A stretch of DNA of 64,000 nt from Leucoraja erinacea. Lineage: Eukaryota. Under the pieces are notes generated by a model. It worked only from the letters and a program-made list of their open reading frames with translations. It was not told where the DNA came from and searched no databases. Where the stretch lies: the NCBI RefSeq assembly GCF_028641065.1, contig NC_073380.1:88908001-88972000 (forward strand). Reading direction: 5' to 3'. The position numbers and the translations under genes were made by a program. This document shows, one piece after another, positions 12,553-25,230 of the stretch (the stretch's first letter is position 1; every line of letters starts with the position of its first letter).

Positions 12553-13319
12553 CCTCTTTCTGTCTTTTGGCCAATCATTTGTCCCAATTACATTGTACGA
12601 TCTTGCTCTATAAAAATCAGTCAATGGATCTACCAATGATTCAAGTTCCTTGATCACAAAGCACTTTGATGCATTTCTGTGAGATGAAATACATTCTTCT
12701 TTAGAAGTCTTAGTTTTAAAAGAATGAAATGCTTTCTTCCTGAATTTTTCAAAGTACTGTCTTCTCTGACTGACAAGACCAGAACCAGGGTTCATCTTAT
12801 TGGAATAAAAGCAACTCTTTTTTGGACAGATACATGGATAGGATATGTTTAAAGCGATATCGACAAAATGCAGGCAGGTGGGACTAATGTAGATGGGGTA
12901 TCTTGGTTGATGTGGGAAATTTGGGCCAAAGGGCTCATTTCCACAATGTATGACTTTCTGTTTCTGTGACCGAACCAAGGAGAAATTCCTATATAAAGAG
13001 GGTGGTGAATTTTTGTAATTATCTACTCTGGAAGGCTGTGAAAGATCAGTTGTTATTTCATTCAGAACAAGGGTTGAAATAATTCTGAATGTAAATAGAT
13101 TCAAGGGATGTGAGATTGTACCAAGTTAGGAGAGTTAGAAGTTAGAAGTTACTTTGTTTTTTTCTTTACAACATGATGAAAGGCCATTTGGCCCTTTGAT
13201 TCTATGTCACATCACAGAGAAATGTTGTTCCCTCACTCATTTCCCCTGAAATCTATTCTCCCTACATTCTCTTCAATTCTACCAACATCCACGCAATGGG
13301 CATTTTTCAGTTGCCTATT

Positions 13320-13650
13320 GATTCAAGATTCAAGATTCAAGAGAGTTTCTTGTCATGTGTCCCAGATAGGACAATTAATTTCTTGCTTTGCTTCAGCACA
13401 ACAGATTATAGTAGGCATAAATAAATACATAGCAGAACAGATCAGTGTGACCATATACCAATGAATATATATATACACACATAAATAAACAGATAAAATG
13501 CAATGGGCTATTATTGATCAGATTTTTGTTTGAGTTGAGTTTAATAGCCTGATGGCCGTGGGGAGAAGGATATTCATGAACGTGGATGTTGCAGATTTCA
13601 GGCTCCTGTACCTTCTACCTGAAGGCAGCGTGGAGATGAGTGAGTGGCCG
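13320..13650 (-). mobile_element. Rex1/Babar 3' end
   Basis: Reverse complement resembles 11510-11830 (GRRYRSLK...AIRLLN and tail). Confidence 0.8.
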
Positions 13651-13839
13651 CACAGGTTTTTAGAACAGGACCGGGTATGCCATCAGGTCCAGGCGCTTTC
13701 CAAGGGCTTACCCCTCTGAAGGGGTCTTCCAATTCACGTGTCAAGATTGAACCTGGGTCACAGAAGCTATGAGTCAGCATATCTGCCTGCTACACCACTG
13801 TGCCCCCATGATCAAACGTGATCCTGGTGAAGTACTAGC

Positions 13840-14240
13840 CCCCTTCCCCTTGGTCATGACTGACCATGGGTGATGCATCCTAGTTTGCAGGTGATGTGTG
13901 GTTGGATGCAAGCCTGGGCGATGTCATATGGAGGACAGGGTATTGCCCATGCAGCACGTCCCCCCCTCTCCACATCACTGATCAATCCAAAGGAACAGCA
14001 GGGCCATTACAGTTTGGCACCAGCGCCGTTGCAGGAGCTGCCACAGTGAGGTTATAGCCTTAGGAGCTCCGACTCTGGACTTTCTTGAGGTTTACTCCAG
14101 GAACCTTTACCATGACTGGATATGGCCACAAGGCAGTGGAGGTTTTCCCTCTCCTAGATGAACCCTTCCCAAGCTGACGAACCCCATCTGCCCAAATCTC
14201 ATGGGGTCGGGAGTGTCTACCTTCCCGTGCAGGCACCTGC
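13840..14240 (-). mobile_element. Probable RTE-clade LINE 5' region or derivative
   Basis: Minus strand gggcagatggggttcgtcagcttgggaagg...catctaggagagggaaaac resembles RTE 5'UTRs as I recall them; not verified by search. Confidence 0.45.
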
Positions 14241-15489
14241 CCACTGCCCAGATCCTGGTGAAGAGCAGTGCAGAATCAGGGGACTGGATGGCCTTTTTCT
14301 GCTTCCGCTTCTGATGCTACTATCTACTCAAGAGGTGCCTTTCTTTCTGAAGTGAATGTAGTTTCTCCCTTTGCTATCCAACAAGTTTAACCATGCCCTG
14401 TCTGTGATCTACTAAATGCACACTCGACTTCAGATTTCCTGATGCTCATTGCTTGAAGTTTAATGGTTGGCAGCAGTTGGGATATAAAGTGGGGAGATGG
14501 AAATTATTAAAATAAAAGTTACTCCAGAGGCAAATTAATGTCACAATTAATTAGTGTTGAATACTTGTGTTCATCATGCACAGTGTGAAGTGATTAATCA
14601 TACATTAGCATCAATTACACACTCAATTTGAACAATCCACCTTTTAATTTTTCCCTGCCTTTTCCTGCCATGCCTACTAATGGGCACGTGGCTTTGACAC
14701 CCCCACAGATTGTATCATTAACGTCGCCAAAACCTAGCGATGTTGTACTGGCAGAGTCCAAGGCCAGTCACACATAATGAGCAGCGACATATCACAGAGT
14801 GAGGCTTCAACAGGGAAGCAATTATAATTTAATAACTGCTAATATAACATCATGTCAACCTAAAGTATCTTGACATTTTGTAGTGCATGCTAATGCGAGA
14901 GAGAAAATGTGTCTAACATCATCCCATTGCATTCACATTCATGTCTTTTGTGGTTTCCAAATAAACTGCCTGATATTATAATACAGCAAAATTAATTGTT
15001 TTCTTTTTATCGCATGGAATATATTTTAAGGGACATGATCTCATTTTAAGCTATTCATTTAGTGTATTGCCACATCTGGTTTACAATAGATATTTTGAGC
15101 AGAGTTTGGCAGAATATTGACTCAGCTGTAGAACTGTTCCACACACTTTTTGCCAAGTACATTGGGATCTGCAACACCTTTTGGGCCAACTGAGATTTAG
15201 CTTCAAAATTTTAATCAAAGGAACTATGTGATTCATTCTTACACTATTGTGCAGCTTTGCATAGAACCCATGGTTCACGTAATCATAGGACGAGTCCATT
15301 CGGCCCTTTGTGCCCATGGTGGCTCTATAACCAGACAAACTCAGATGTCCTGCCATTCCCCATCAATTTTGAAATAGTTTCTGCTTCAAATATTTATCAT
15401 TATTATTCGAAAACCACTGAAATCTTTATTCATGTCTTTGTCACGCATGCTCATCTAGAGTCGCAGTCATGCATTGTACAAATGCGTGA

Positions 15490-15760
15490 GGGCACAGCTT
15501 TAAGGTGAGAGGGGCAAGTTTTAAGTGAGACATGCGGAGAAACGTTTTTACACAGAGGGTGGCGAGTGCCTGGGATGCCCCGCCAGGGTTGGTGGCTGAG
15601 GCAGATACAATAGTGGCATTTAAGAGGCTTTTTGATAGGCATATGAATATACAGAGTATGGAAGGATATCTATTATGTGCGTAGATAAGAGATGGTCAGC
15701 ATCATGTTCGACATGGACATTGTGGGCTGTTATTCAGCTGCACAGTTCTGCATTCTTACA
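15490..15760 (+). mobile_element. CR1 3' fragment
   Basis: FLHRGWRVPG/FYTE-type C-terminal region and decayed 3'UTR. Confidence 0.65.
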
Positions 15761-15865
15761 CTTAACTCTATATCATTTTGTTATTCTATAATTGTATTTT
15801 CTGCACTACTTTGGATTGCTACAATTGTGCACCATTTATTGCTGAATTTATTATTACTGTATGTA

Positions 15866-16190
15866 TAGTTTAATTTAGATTACTTTAGTTTAAAGATACA
15901 GTGTGCAAACAGTCCCTTTGGTCCACCAAATCTGCACCGACCAGCAATCCTCATATACTAGCACTATCCTGCACACTAGGGACAATTTATAATTTTACCT
16001 AAGCCAATACGTGTACGTGTTTGGAGTTTGGGGGAGATCCAGAGCTACCGGAGAAAACCCATGCGGTCACAGGGAGAACGAACAAACTCCGTACAGACAG
16101 CACCCATAGTCAGGATTGGACCTATGCCTCTGGCACTGTTAGTGGGACAGGGACATTAGGCAGCAACTCTACCGCTACACCACCGTGCCA
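15866..16190 (-). mobile_element. V-SINE (HE1-like)
   Basis: Same head, core and tail as 9969-10299 in reverse. Confidence 0.8.
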
Positions 16191-16599
16191 CTCTGCTGTT
16201 ACTGTTCACCCTTATGAGCTTTATGTGAACAAGGAATTTCATTGCACTCTGGTGCATATTACAACGATCCATTCTGAATCTAAATCAAAGCTGATGTCTC
16301 ATAGCTCCAGTAACTGAAGTTCAATCCTATCCTCTGATGATCTCTGAGGGCAGTTTTCACATTTGCCCTGTGACTAAAAGATATCCTGCAGGTTTCCTCC
16401 CACCTTCCAGACACATGGATATTAGTTGGTTAATTAATAATTGTAAATTACTCCTAATGTAAGTAGTAGAATCTGGCAGGGGTTCATGGGAATGTTGGGG
16501 AAAAATATGTGTTCAATATAAATGGGTGCCTGACAACCAGCATGAGCTGTGGTCTGAAGAGCTGCAGGACTCAATGACAGGTTGTATAGATGTGACTTG

Positions 16600-16905
16600 T
16601 TCAAGTTCCAAGTTCAAGTGAGTTTATTGTCATGTGTCCATGATAGGACAATGAAATTCTTGCTTTGCTTCAGCACACAGAACATAGTAGGCATTTACTG
16701 CAAAACAGATCAATGTGTCCATATACTATAATATAAATATATACACACATAAATAAATAATAAATAAAATCATAAAGCGCAAATAACAGATGATTGGTTA
16801 TTAAAAATCAAAGTTTTGTCCGAGCCAGGTTTAATAGCCTGATGGCTGTGGGGTAGTAGCTATTCCTGAACCTGGTTGTTGCAGTCTTCAGGCTCCTGTA
16901 CCTTG
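16600..16905 (-). mobile_element. Rex1/Babar 3' end
   Basis: Close to 13320-13620; (CTTGAA)n-type tail on minus strand. Confidence 0.75.
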
Positions 16906-17519
16906 ATCATTAGCACAGACATGATGGGCCAAAGGGCTTGTGGTTATATGAATCTATGACTCTATGACACCAAACTCTTGGTCCCTCTCCAATCCTGCTG
17001 CTTTTCTCTACCTTCTCCCTCTTCACTCATATTTCTCCTCCCTTTCTGTCTTCCCCTCACTCCCCTTTATCCCCGCTCTACTCTTCCCCCTTTCTGTGCC
17101 TCATCTCCTCCCTTTCCCCATTACCCTCCAGTGCAGATTACATGCCTCCAGGACCTTGCCTGTATGATAGCACAGTAAATAGTTATTACACCCACGCCCA
17201 GAGGCAGTTTTCAGTACTGGTGGTTGACTAGTTTGCAGCACATTGCACAGCTATGATCTGACAGAAGGCTTGCGCATCAAGATTTTATTCATGTGCCTCG
17301 GGAAAGCATGCCAGTGACCCTTTCTCTAACAAAACATGGTTTGATCTCTTTTTCTTCATCATGCGTGATTAATGTTAAATAGTCCATTATTTACCAATAG
17401 ATTGTATCCAAATTCCCAGAATGTAGTACTGCTATTTGAACAGCAGTAGACATTGCTTGGTCCATCGTGGGTATCAACCACATCACCATCAAAGAGATCA
17501 GTAAGAATATGTGGTTCTG

Positions 17520-17656
17520 TTACATTTTGTTTGTAGTTTTTTTTTGTTGTTTGTTTGTTTGTCTTTTTGCACAAAGTCCGCGAGCATTTCACTTTTCATT
17601 TCACTGCACATCTCGTATGTGTATGTGACGAATAAACTTGACTTGCCTTGACTTGA
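17520..17656 (+). mobile_element. Rex1/Babar tail, same family as 5230-5517
   Basis: Near-identical cactgcacatctcgtatgtgtatgtgacgaataaacttgacttg. Confidence 0.75.
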
Positions 17657-17952
17657 TCTGTGGGCGGCACTGGCTCAAAAAGACCATGCACACCAGCCTA
17701 GCCACTCTCCCATCTTGCTACCATCATCGGGAAAAAGGTGCAGGGGCCTGAAAACTGTGACCGGTTCAAGAATAGCTTCTTCCCAACAACCATCAGACTC
17801 TTGAACACTGCACCACACTAGCCACATCCTCGGTAGCAATGTCTACTAACTTTGTTTTGGCTGCACTGCAGACTTCTTTTTTGCACTATTATAGTCTGGT
17901 TACCTGAAATTACTGATTAATTTATGATATCATTATGCATTTGTATGTTATT

Positions 17953-18432
17953 ACCATATAACCATATAACCATATAACAATTACAGCACGGAAACAGGCC
18001 ATCTCGACCCTTCTAGTCCGTGCCGAACACATAATCTCCCCTAGTCCCATATACCTGCGCTCAGACCATAACCCTCCATTCCCTTCCCATCCATATAACT
18101 ATCCAATTTATTTTTAAATGATAAAAAAACGAACCTGCCTCCACCACCTTCACTGGAAGCTCATTCCACACAGCTACCACTCTCTGAGTAAGAAGTTCCC
18201 CCTCATGTTACCCCTAAACTTCAGTCCCTTAATTCTCATGTCATGTCCCCTTGTTTGAATCTTCCCTACTCTCAGTGGGAAAAGCTTTTCCACGTCAACT
18301 CTGACTATCCCTCTCATCATTTTAAAAACCTCTATCAAGTCCCCCCTTAACCTTCTGCGCTCCAAAGAATAAAGCCCTAACTTGTTCAACTTTTCTCTGT
18401 AACTTAGTTGCTGAAACCCAGGCAACATTCTA
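17953..18432 (-). mobile_element. CR1 subfamily B with (ATATGGTT)n tail, nested in a Rex fragment (17690-18490)
   Basis: ORF 18174-18467 RMLPGFQQLSYREKLNKLGLYSLERRRLRGDL; TSD GTTATT at 17947-17952 and 18433-18438. Confidence 0.88.
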
Positions 18433-18780
18433 GTTATTGCGCTAATGGGCCTGTTAAACTGCAACAAGTAGGAATCTCATTGTTTGATTGCCAGTATATA
18501 TGGTTTGTAGAACCAACCTGGCCTCTCAAGGCACCACGGTACTGTTTCAAAGCAGTACAATCAGGGGCACTATCCTTGGCCCCAACCAATAGTTAACCCT
18601 CAAATGGATTACCTGCCTGTTCTCACCCTGCTGCTGATGGGATCTCCCTATCCACAAATTGATTACTGAGTCCCTTACATTATAACAGTGACTGTACTTC
18701 CTAAGGAAATAGGACAGAAATGCTCGGCAGGGCTAAAAGCATCTGCAGCGGGAGAAACAGAATTAATGATTTAAGTTGTA

Positions 18781-19100
18781 CAGAAAGGAACTGCAGATGC
18801 TGGTTTACACTGAAGATAGACACAAAATGCTGGAGTAACTCAGTGGGACAGGCAGCATCTCTGGATAGAAGGAATGGGTGATGTTTTGGGTTGAGAGACC
18901 CTTCTTCAGACTGAGAGTCAGGGGAGGGGGAGACCCGAGATCTGGGCTAAATGTGGTCACAGACCTGGAAAGTAGGAAGAATCACAGTCTCCCTCTCCCC
19001 TGAATCTCAGTCTAAAGAAGGTTATTGACCCTAAACATCACCCATTCCTTCTCTCCAGATATGCTGCCTAACCCCCCGAGTTACTCAGTATTTTGTGTCT
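18781..19100. mobile_element. Inverted pair of Penelope pLTR fragments
   Basis: 18817-18934 is the imperfect reverse complement of 18987-19100. Confidence 0.8.
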
Positions 19101-19983
19101 CTCCTCTTAATGATTTTTTTTTCAACTCCACCAATGAAAGGTCACAGCCCTGAAACTTTATCTTTGCACCTCTCACACTGGGATTTTCATTTGAGATTGT
19201 TTATCGTCATTAACAATAAACTGTTTATTCATTGTTAATTGCACTATGCATCAAAGCAGCAGAGGCAGGCCTCAGTTTAAAACTTGATTGTGAGGAGATT
19301 CAAAGTGCTTGCAAGGTAAATCCCATTGGAATTGGCCAGGATTCCTGGCATTAATACCAGTTGTAGTCACCACCAGTAAGGTGCAATGTCCGTTAAAAGT
19401 ACTGTGGAAACTGTTCATTGATTGCAAACAGAGTATTTTGGCAATAAACTGGAGCATAAACTCATATGCTCCAGTATATACCGTGCATGCAATGGCTGGA
19501 GAAGAACACAGAGGGGCTTCACAGTGTGGGGTGGGTATATGGAACAAGCTGCCAGAGGAGATCGTTGAGGCAGGTACAATAACACATTTAAATCATATTG
19601 GGATGGATACATGGATAGGAACGTTTTAGAGGGATATGGGCCAAATGCAGGCAGGTGGGAATCGTGTAAATGGGGCATCTTGGTCAGCATTGGCAAGTTG
19701 GGCCAAGGGGTCAGTTTCCTTGCCATATGACTCTGTGACACCTAAGAACTGCTCAGAGAAATTTGCAAAACTCTGTATAGATGGGTCCATACAACAGGAT
19801 TCAAGAGGAGGAGAGCCACCAGCTGGAGAGGAAGAAAAGAAAATACAAAGATGACGTTGTAGAGATGTAATTAAACAAAAAAAGGAATCATCTCAAAAGG
19901 ATATAATAGTCAAAATTCCAAGAACATAAAATAAATATGCAACAAGAGTCGCAACCTTCGAGAACAAACTTAAAGAAGCCCAG

Positions 19984-21100
19984 GTTAGACAAAAATGCTG
20001 GAGAAACTCAGCGGGTGCGACAGCATCTGTGGAGCAAAGGAAATAGGCAACGTTTCAGGCCGAAACCCTTCTTCAGACTGATGTAGGGTGGGGGGGGGGG
20101 GGGGGGGGGGGGGGGGGAAGAAGAAAGGAAGAGGAGGAGCCAGAGGGCTGAGGGAGAGCCGAGAAGGGGAGGAGACAGTGAGGGACTACCTGAAATTGGA
20201 GAAGTCAATGTTCATACCGCTGGGGTATAAACTGCCCAAGCGAAGTATGAGGTGCTGCTCCTCCAATTTCCGGTGGTCCTCACTCTGGCCATGGAGGAGG
20301 CCCAGGACAGAAAGGTCGGATTCAGAATGGGAGGGGGAGTTGAAGTGCTGAGCCACAGGGAGATCAGGTTGGTTAATGCGGACCGAGCGGAGGTGTTGGG
20401 TGAAGCGATCGCCAAGCCTACGCTTGGTCTCACTGATGTAGATCTAGTGCAGCAGATGAAGTTGGAGGAGGTGCAGGTGAACCTATGTTGCACCTGGAAC
20501 GACTGCTTGGGTCCTTGAATGGAGTCATGGGGGGAGGTAAAGCGACAAGTGTAGCATTTATTTGCGGTTGCAAGGAAAAGTGCCAGGAGAGGGGGTGGTA
20601 TGGGTGGGAAGGGACGAATTGACCAGGGAGTTATGGAGGGAACGGTCTTTGCGGAAAGCAGACAGGGGGGGAGATGGGAAGATGTGGCGAGTGGTGGGGT
20701 CACGTTGGAGGTGGCAAAAATGATGGAGGATTATTTGTTGCATGTGACGGCTAGTAGGGTGGAAGGTGAGGTCAAGGGGACTCGGCCCTTGTTACGAGTG
20801 GAGGGATGGGGAGAGAGAGCAGTGTTACGGGGTATGGAAGAAACCCTGGTGAGAGCCTCATCCATAGTAGGGGAGGGGAACCCCTGTTCCCTGACGAATG
20901 AAGACATCTCCGATGCCCTGGTGTGGAACACTTCATCCTTCGAGCAGATGAGGCATAGACGGAGGATTTGGGAGTAGGGGATGGAGTCCTTACAGGAAGC
21001 AGGGTGGGAAAAAGTGTAGTCTAGATAGCCATGGGAGTCCGTGGGTTTATAGTGGATATCGGTCAGAAGTCTATCACCTGCGATGGAGACAGTGGATCTC
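19984..21100 (-). mobile_element. 5'-truncated Penelope-like element (RT thumb, GIY-YIG, pLTR)
   Basis: Frameshifted FHTRASEMSSF..GFP and GPKQSFQVQHRFTCTSSN; 15-bp TSD CTTAAAGAAGCCCAG at 19969-19983 and 21101-21115. Confidence 0.9.
20049..20076 (-). ncRNA. Minimal hammerhead ribozyme core in pLTR
   Basis: Minus strand CUGAAGA-A-GGGUU(UC)GGCCU-GAAA-CG-UU. Confidence 0.55.
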
Positions 21101-21994
21101 CTTAAAGAAGCCCAGAGAGTCTTAGCTGCTAGTTACAGGAGAAAACGAAATTACAATCCAGGGAATATGTAACAGATAATATTATTGATGTCATTGCAAT
21201 CATGCATGATCTTTCTGCTGACTGGTTATCATCTAAATAAAGCTTTTCACTGTACCTCGGTACACATGACAATAAATGGAACTAAAGAAGGTGGACGATG
21301 ACTCCACTGAAGATCTTGGAGAAGTAAAGAAGTAACCAACACTTTTATTGTTCATTTCAACTGGCAGATTCTATTTTTTGGCCAAACAGTGAAAAGGCTT
21401 TTTATTACAGATACCACCCCTAGTTAAATGTCCTAAATGGATTTGAGGCTATTTTCTGGTGCTTTAGTTGCCAAAGCTTCTGTGAAAATTCTGGATTATA
21501 AAAAACCATTGAGTGCACAAAGATCCTTAGTTTAATAAAATGTTTGTTTTGATCTCTTGAGGATCATTAAAAATACAAGCCAGTGTTATGTGTTCTGGCT
21601 ACCTTTAACTCAGCAGGTTACCCACTTATCACCTCAACTGTTGTTGCTGGAAGCTAACATCTTCACAATTGCATCCTGGCCATTTTGATCCAGATCATTT
21701 CCAGAAACACTCACACTCAGCCAGCATTCAGTCCACTTGGCAAAAACTTCACCAACTGCATTTTTCTTTTTTTGATCAAAATGAAAACTTTGTCTAAACA
21801 AAGCAACATCTAATCTCCGAGGTGCCACCAAACAATGAATGGGGTGATGAAAATATTATGACTTGGAGGTAACAGTTCAAAATCTTTACCTCAAAGTTGC
21901 CTATCTCTCTGCTCCTGAACTATAAGCTTTGTGCCAGTGTGATCCTTGATGCAGTTTCCTAGAGGTCACCATTGCAATACATATTGATGCAAGA

Positions 21995-23140
21995 GCCATT
22001 GAACCATACAGCATGGAAATAGAGAGGCCTTTAGGTACAAATGATCCATGCTGACCAGGATGCCTATCTAAGCTAGTCCACGCATTTAAGCATATTTGGC
22101 CCTTACCCTCAAAGCTTTTCCTATCTTTGTACATTTAAATGCTGTTATTGCACCTGCCTCATCCACTTCCTCTGGCAGTTTATTGCATATTTGTACCACC
22201 TTCAGCTTCCTATTAAATAATTTCCCTTTCAACTGAAACCTGGGCCCTCTTATTCTTGATTCTCTAATCCTAGGAAAAATCGTGCGTGCATCCTCCTTAT
22301 CTTTGGCCACCAGGATTTATACACCTCCATAAGATCATTCTCCTACATTCCGTAATTAAGTCTCAGCCTGTCCAACCTTTCTTTGTAAATCATTTTGTTG
22401 AGTCCTGGCAGCATCCTCGTAAATCTTCTCTACATTATTTCCAACTTAATGGCATCTTTCCTATAACCGAGTGATAAAAACCGAACTCAATACATTAAGG
22501 GAGGCCTCATCTTGTGCAACTGCAACAAAACAGGCCAACTCCTATGCCCAGTGCACTGATTGATGAAGGGCAGGTGCCAAACACCTTCTCACCACCATGT
22601 TAGCTGTGACACCAATTTCAGGGAACTCTATATTTGTACTCCTAGGTCTCTCTGTTGTACAACACTTCCTCAGGTCCTACCATTCACTGTGAAGGTCCTA
22701 TCCTGGTTTTTGACTTCCTAACATGCAACACCTCGTACTTAGCTATTCCTTGGTCCTCTTCCTCAGCTGATCAAGATTCCACAGTAATTCTTGTATTGTA
22801 GTCTTCACTGACTACAATACAATCTAATTCAATATAATCTGCAAACTTACCAAAACTGCCTTGTACATTCTTACCAAAATTGCTGATAGAGATAAAAAAC
22901 AACAATGGATCTTGCAGCCACCCCTGAGGTATGCCATCGACCTCCAATGTGAAAAAAACAAGTTGTCATCATACCATATGCTACCAATTAGATGCTTTTC
23001 CTGGATCCCATGCAATCTAATCTTCCAGAGCAACTACCATGTGGAACTTTCTCTAAGGTCTTTCTTTCTGAAGTCCATATAGACCAGGTCTATTATCCAA
23101 AATCATTGACAGGCTGCTTAGTTCCTTTTTCAGAAAACAC
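21995..23140 (-). mobile_element. Old degraded CR1 ORF2 fragment
   Basis: Remnants LWKIRLHGIQ and KVVQICNKLPEEVDEAG with many stops. Confidence 0.7.
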
Positions 23141-23142
23141 AA

Positions 23143-23300
23143 TCAGGGGGAAATCCTTTAAAACCGAGATGAGACAGAACTAATGGTGAATCTCCCACAG
23201 AGGGTAGTTGAGGCCAGTTCATTGGCTATATTTAAGGGGAGTTAGATGTGGCCCTTGTGGCTAAGGGGATCATATGGAGAGAAGGCAGTACGGGATACAA
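23143..23300 (+). mobile_element. Short CR1 subfamily A fragment
   Basis: ggggaaatcctttaaaaccgagatgag...ggcccttgtggctaag as in 53180-53330. Confidence 0.75.
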
Positions 23301-24799
23301 CTGGCTGGGTCATTATGGGCTTCACGCTTCCTGAAGTTATCTGTTGCAGATCCTGATTTGTCCTGACCTTTTTTCATCTTCAGTTTATTTACCCCTCCTC
23401 CTCCTCCCCCACCCCACACCTCTGCTTTCATTCTGAAGAAGGGTTCCAACCCAAAACGTTACCTATTCTTTTTCTCCAGGGATGCTTCCTGACACATTGA
23501 TACTCCAGCATTTTGTGTCTGTCTCCCACAATTATTTGGGGGCCCATAGTGTTCTTGGATATCCCTGAGCAGACCACAGAGATGTATCTATCTTCCTCCT
23601 TGTTATGTCATCCAGCACCTCATACACTGCAAAGTAAACTATCCCAAAGACATCCCCATGAACTGTCCCCAAGTTTCCTATTCTTCATGGCTTTCTTCAC
23701 GGTAAATATTAATTGAGGACCTTGCCCATATTTTGCAGCTCAACACGTAGATATCCACTTCGTTAAAGCACTATTCTGCTCTCTGTAAAGCCAACTGGCT
23801 TGGAGCAGTGGCTGGGATGATGGAGATGGGAGAAACCAGGGACTATGCTCTCCTTTAAGTTCAAGACGCCAAGCAAGATCTAGTATACCAGGTATTGGGG
23901 CATGATAAATAAAGATTTGACACAGCTCGTTTTGTAAGTGTTCGGCACAGACTTGAAGGGCCGAGATTACCTGTTTCCTTGTTGTAATTGTTATATGGTT
24001 ATATGGTTATATGGTAATCTCAGTATTTCCCAAAGCACTTTACAGCCAATGAAGCTGTTGTAATAAAAGGGAAAGGGTAGCCAGTTGGGTACAGTAAGAT
24101 CCCTCATAGAAACAGGAAATGTTCTGCCTGATGACATTGTGAGATCAGAACTATTACTACTGTTAAGATCCATTTAAACGGAAACTTAACTCGGCAAGGC
24201 ATAACATAATACAGTCCTTATGTGGGTAAATGAGATTAGTGTATTCGGGCCAAAGGGTCAGCATGGCTATGTTGGGTCAAATAGCCTGTATCTGTGCTGT
24301 ACATCTCCAACTGTATGACCCGATAACCATACAATTGTGTGTTTAAATGATATTAAGTAAAGGATAAATATTGTCAATGCCATCAGGGAAAACTGTCCAG
24401 CTCTTCTAAATACCAACAATTATCAATGTCCTACTGAGTTGGCAGGAACCCCCCCCCCCCCCCCCCCCCCCACTATTTAGCCGCTGGTCCAATATACAAT
24501 GTCATCAGCAACGCAGTGCTGCCTTAGTAGTGTAATGGAGTATCAACCTATTTTTTATCCTGATATCTGGGGAATAGAACTCTCAGACTTTGAACTCATA
24601 GGCAAAAGTACAGCCCAATGAGCAACAATAGATACCTATGATGGAATAGACCAGGAAGTGGTAATTGGTTTCCACTGCCAGGAGCATCATTAACCAGAGG
24701 GCACAAATTTATTGTTGATAGTGCTTTTCACTCAGTATGTTCCCTTCACCCACTACTCCTGTATTTGCTGATGTGTTCTGGCTCCAGGTTAAAATAATA

Positions 24800-24935
24800 C
24801 CTCAATGCTGGAGTAACTCAGCGGGTGAGGTAGCATCTATGGAGAGAAGGAATTTGCGACGTTTCAGGTCGAGACCCTTCTTCAGACTGATCTTCCTCCG
24901 ATTTTACCAGCATCTGCAGTTCTTTCTTACACACC
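24800..24935 (-). mobile_element. Penelope pLTR fragment with hammerhead core (24858-24885) and short inverted piece
   Basis: Minus strand CUGAAGA-A-GGGUC(UC)GACCU-GAAA-CG-UC. Confidence 0.75.
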
Positions 24936-24984
24936 TCAATTTTATAACTTATCTTTCTTTTCAAGTACCTCCAGTCACTCCTCC

Positions 24985-25230
24985 CCATCTCTCTCGCTCT
25001 CTCTCTCTCTCTCTCTCAGTTCAGTTTCCCTCTCTCTCTCATTCAGTTTCTCTCTCTCGCATTCAGTTCCCCTCTCTCTCTCTCTATCTTCAGTTTCCCT
25101 CTCTCTCTCTCTATCTCTCTCTCATTCAGTTTCTTTCTCTCTCTCTCTCTCTCCCTCTCCCTCTCTCACACACACACTCTCTCCCATGCTCACACTCACA
25201 CTCTCCCACATACACTCTCTATATTTACCT
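24985..25230. repeat. CT-rich simple repeat with ttcagtt(t/c)ccctctctctc units
   Basis: Visible directly. Confidence 0.85.
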
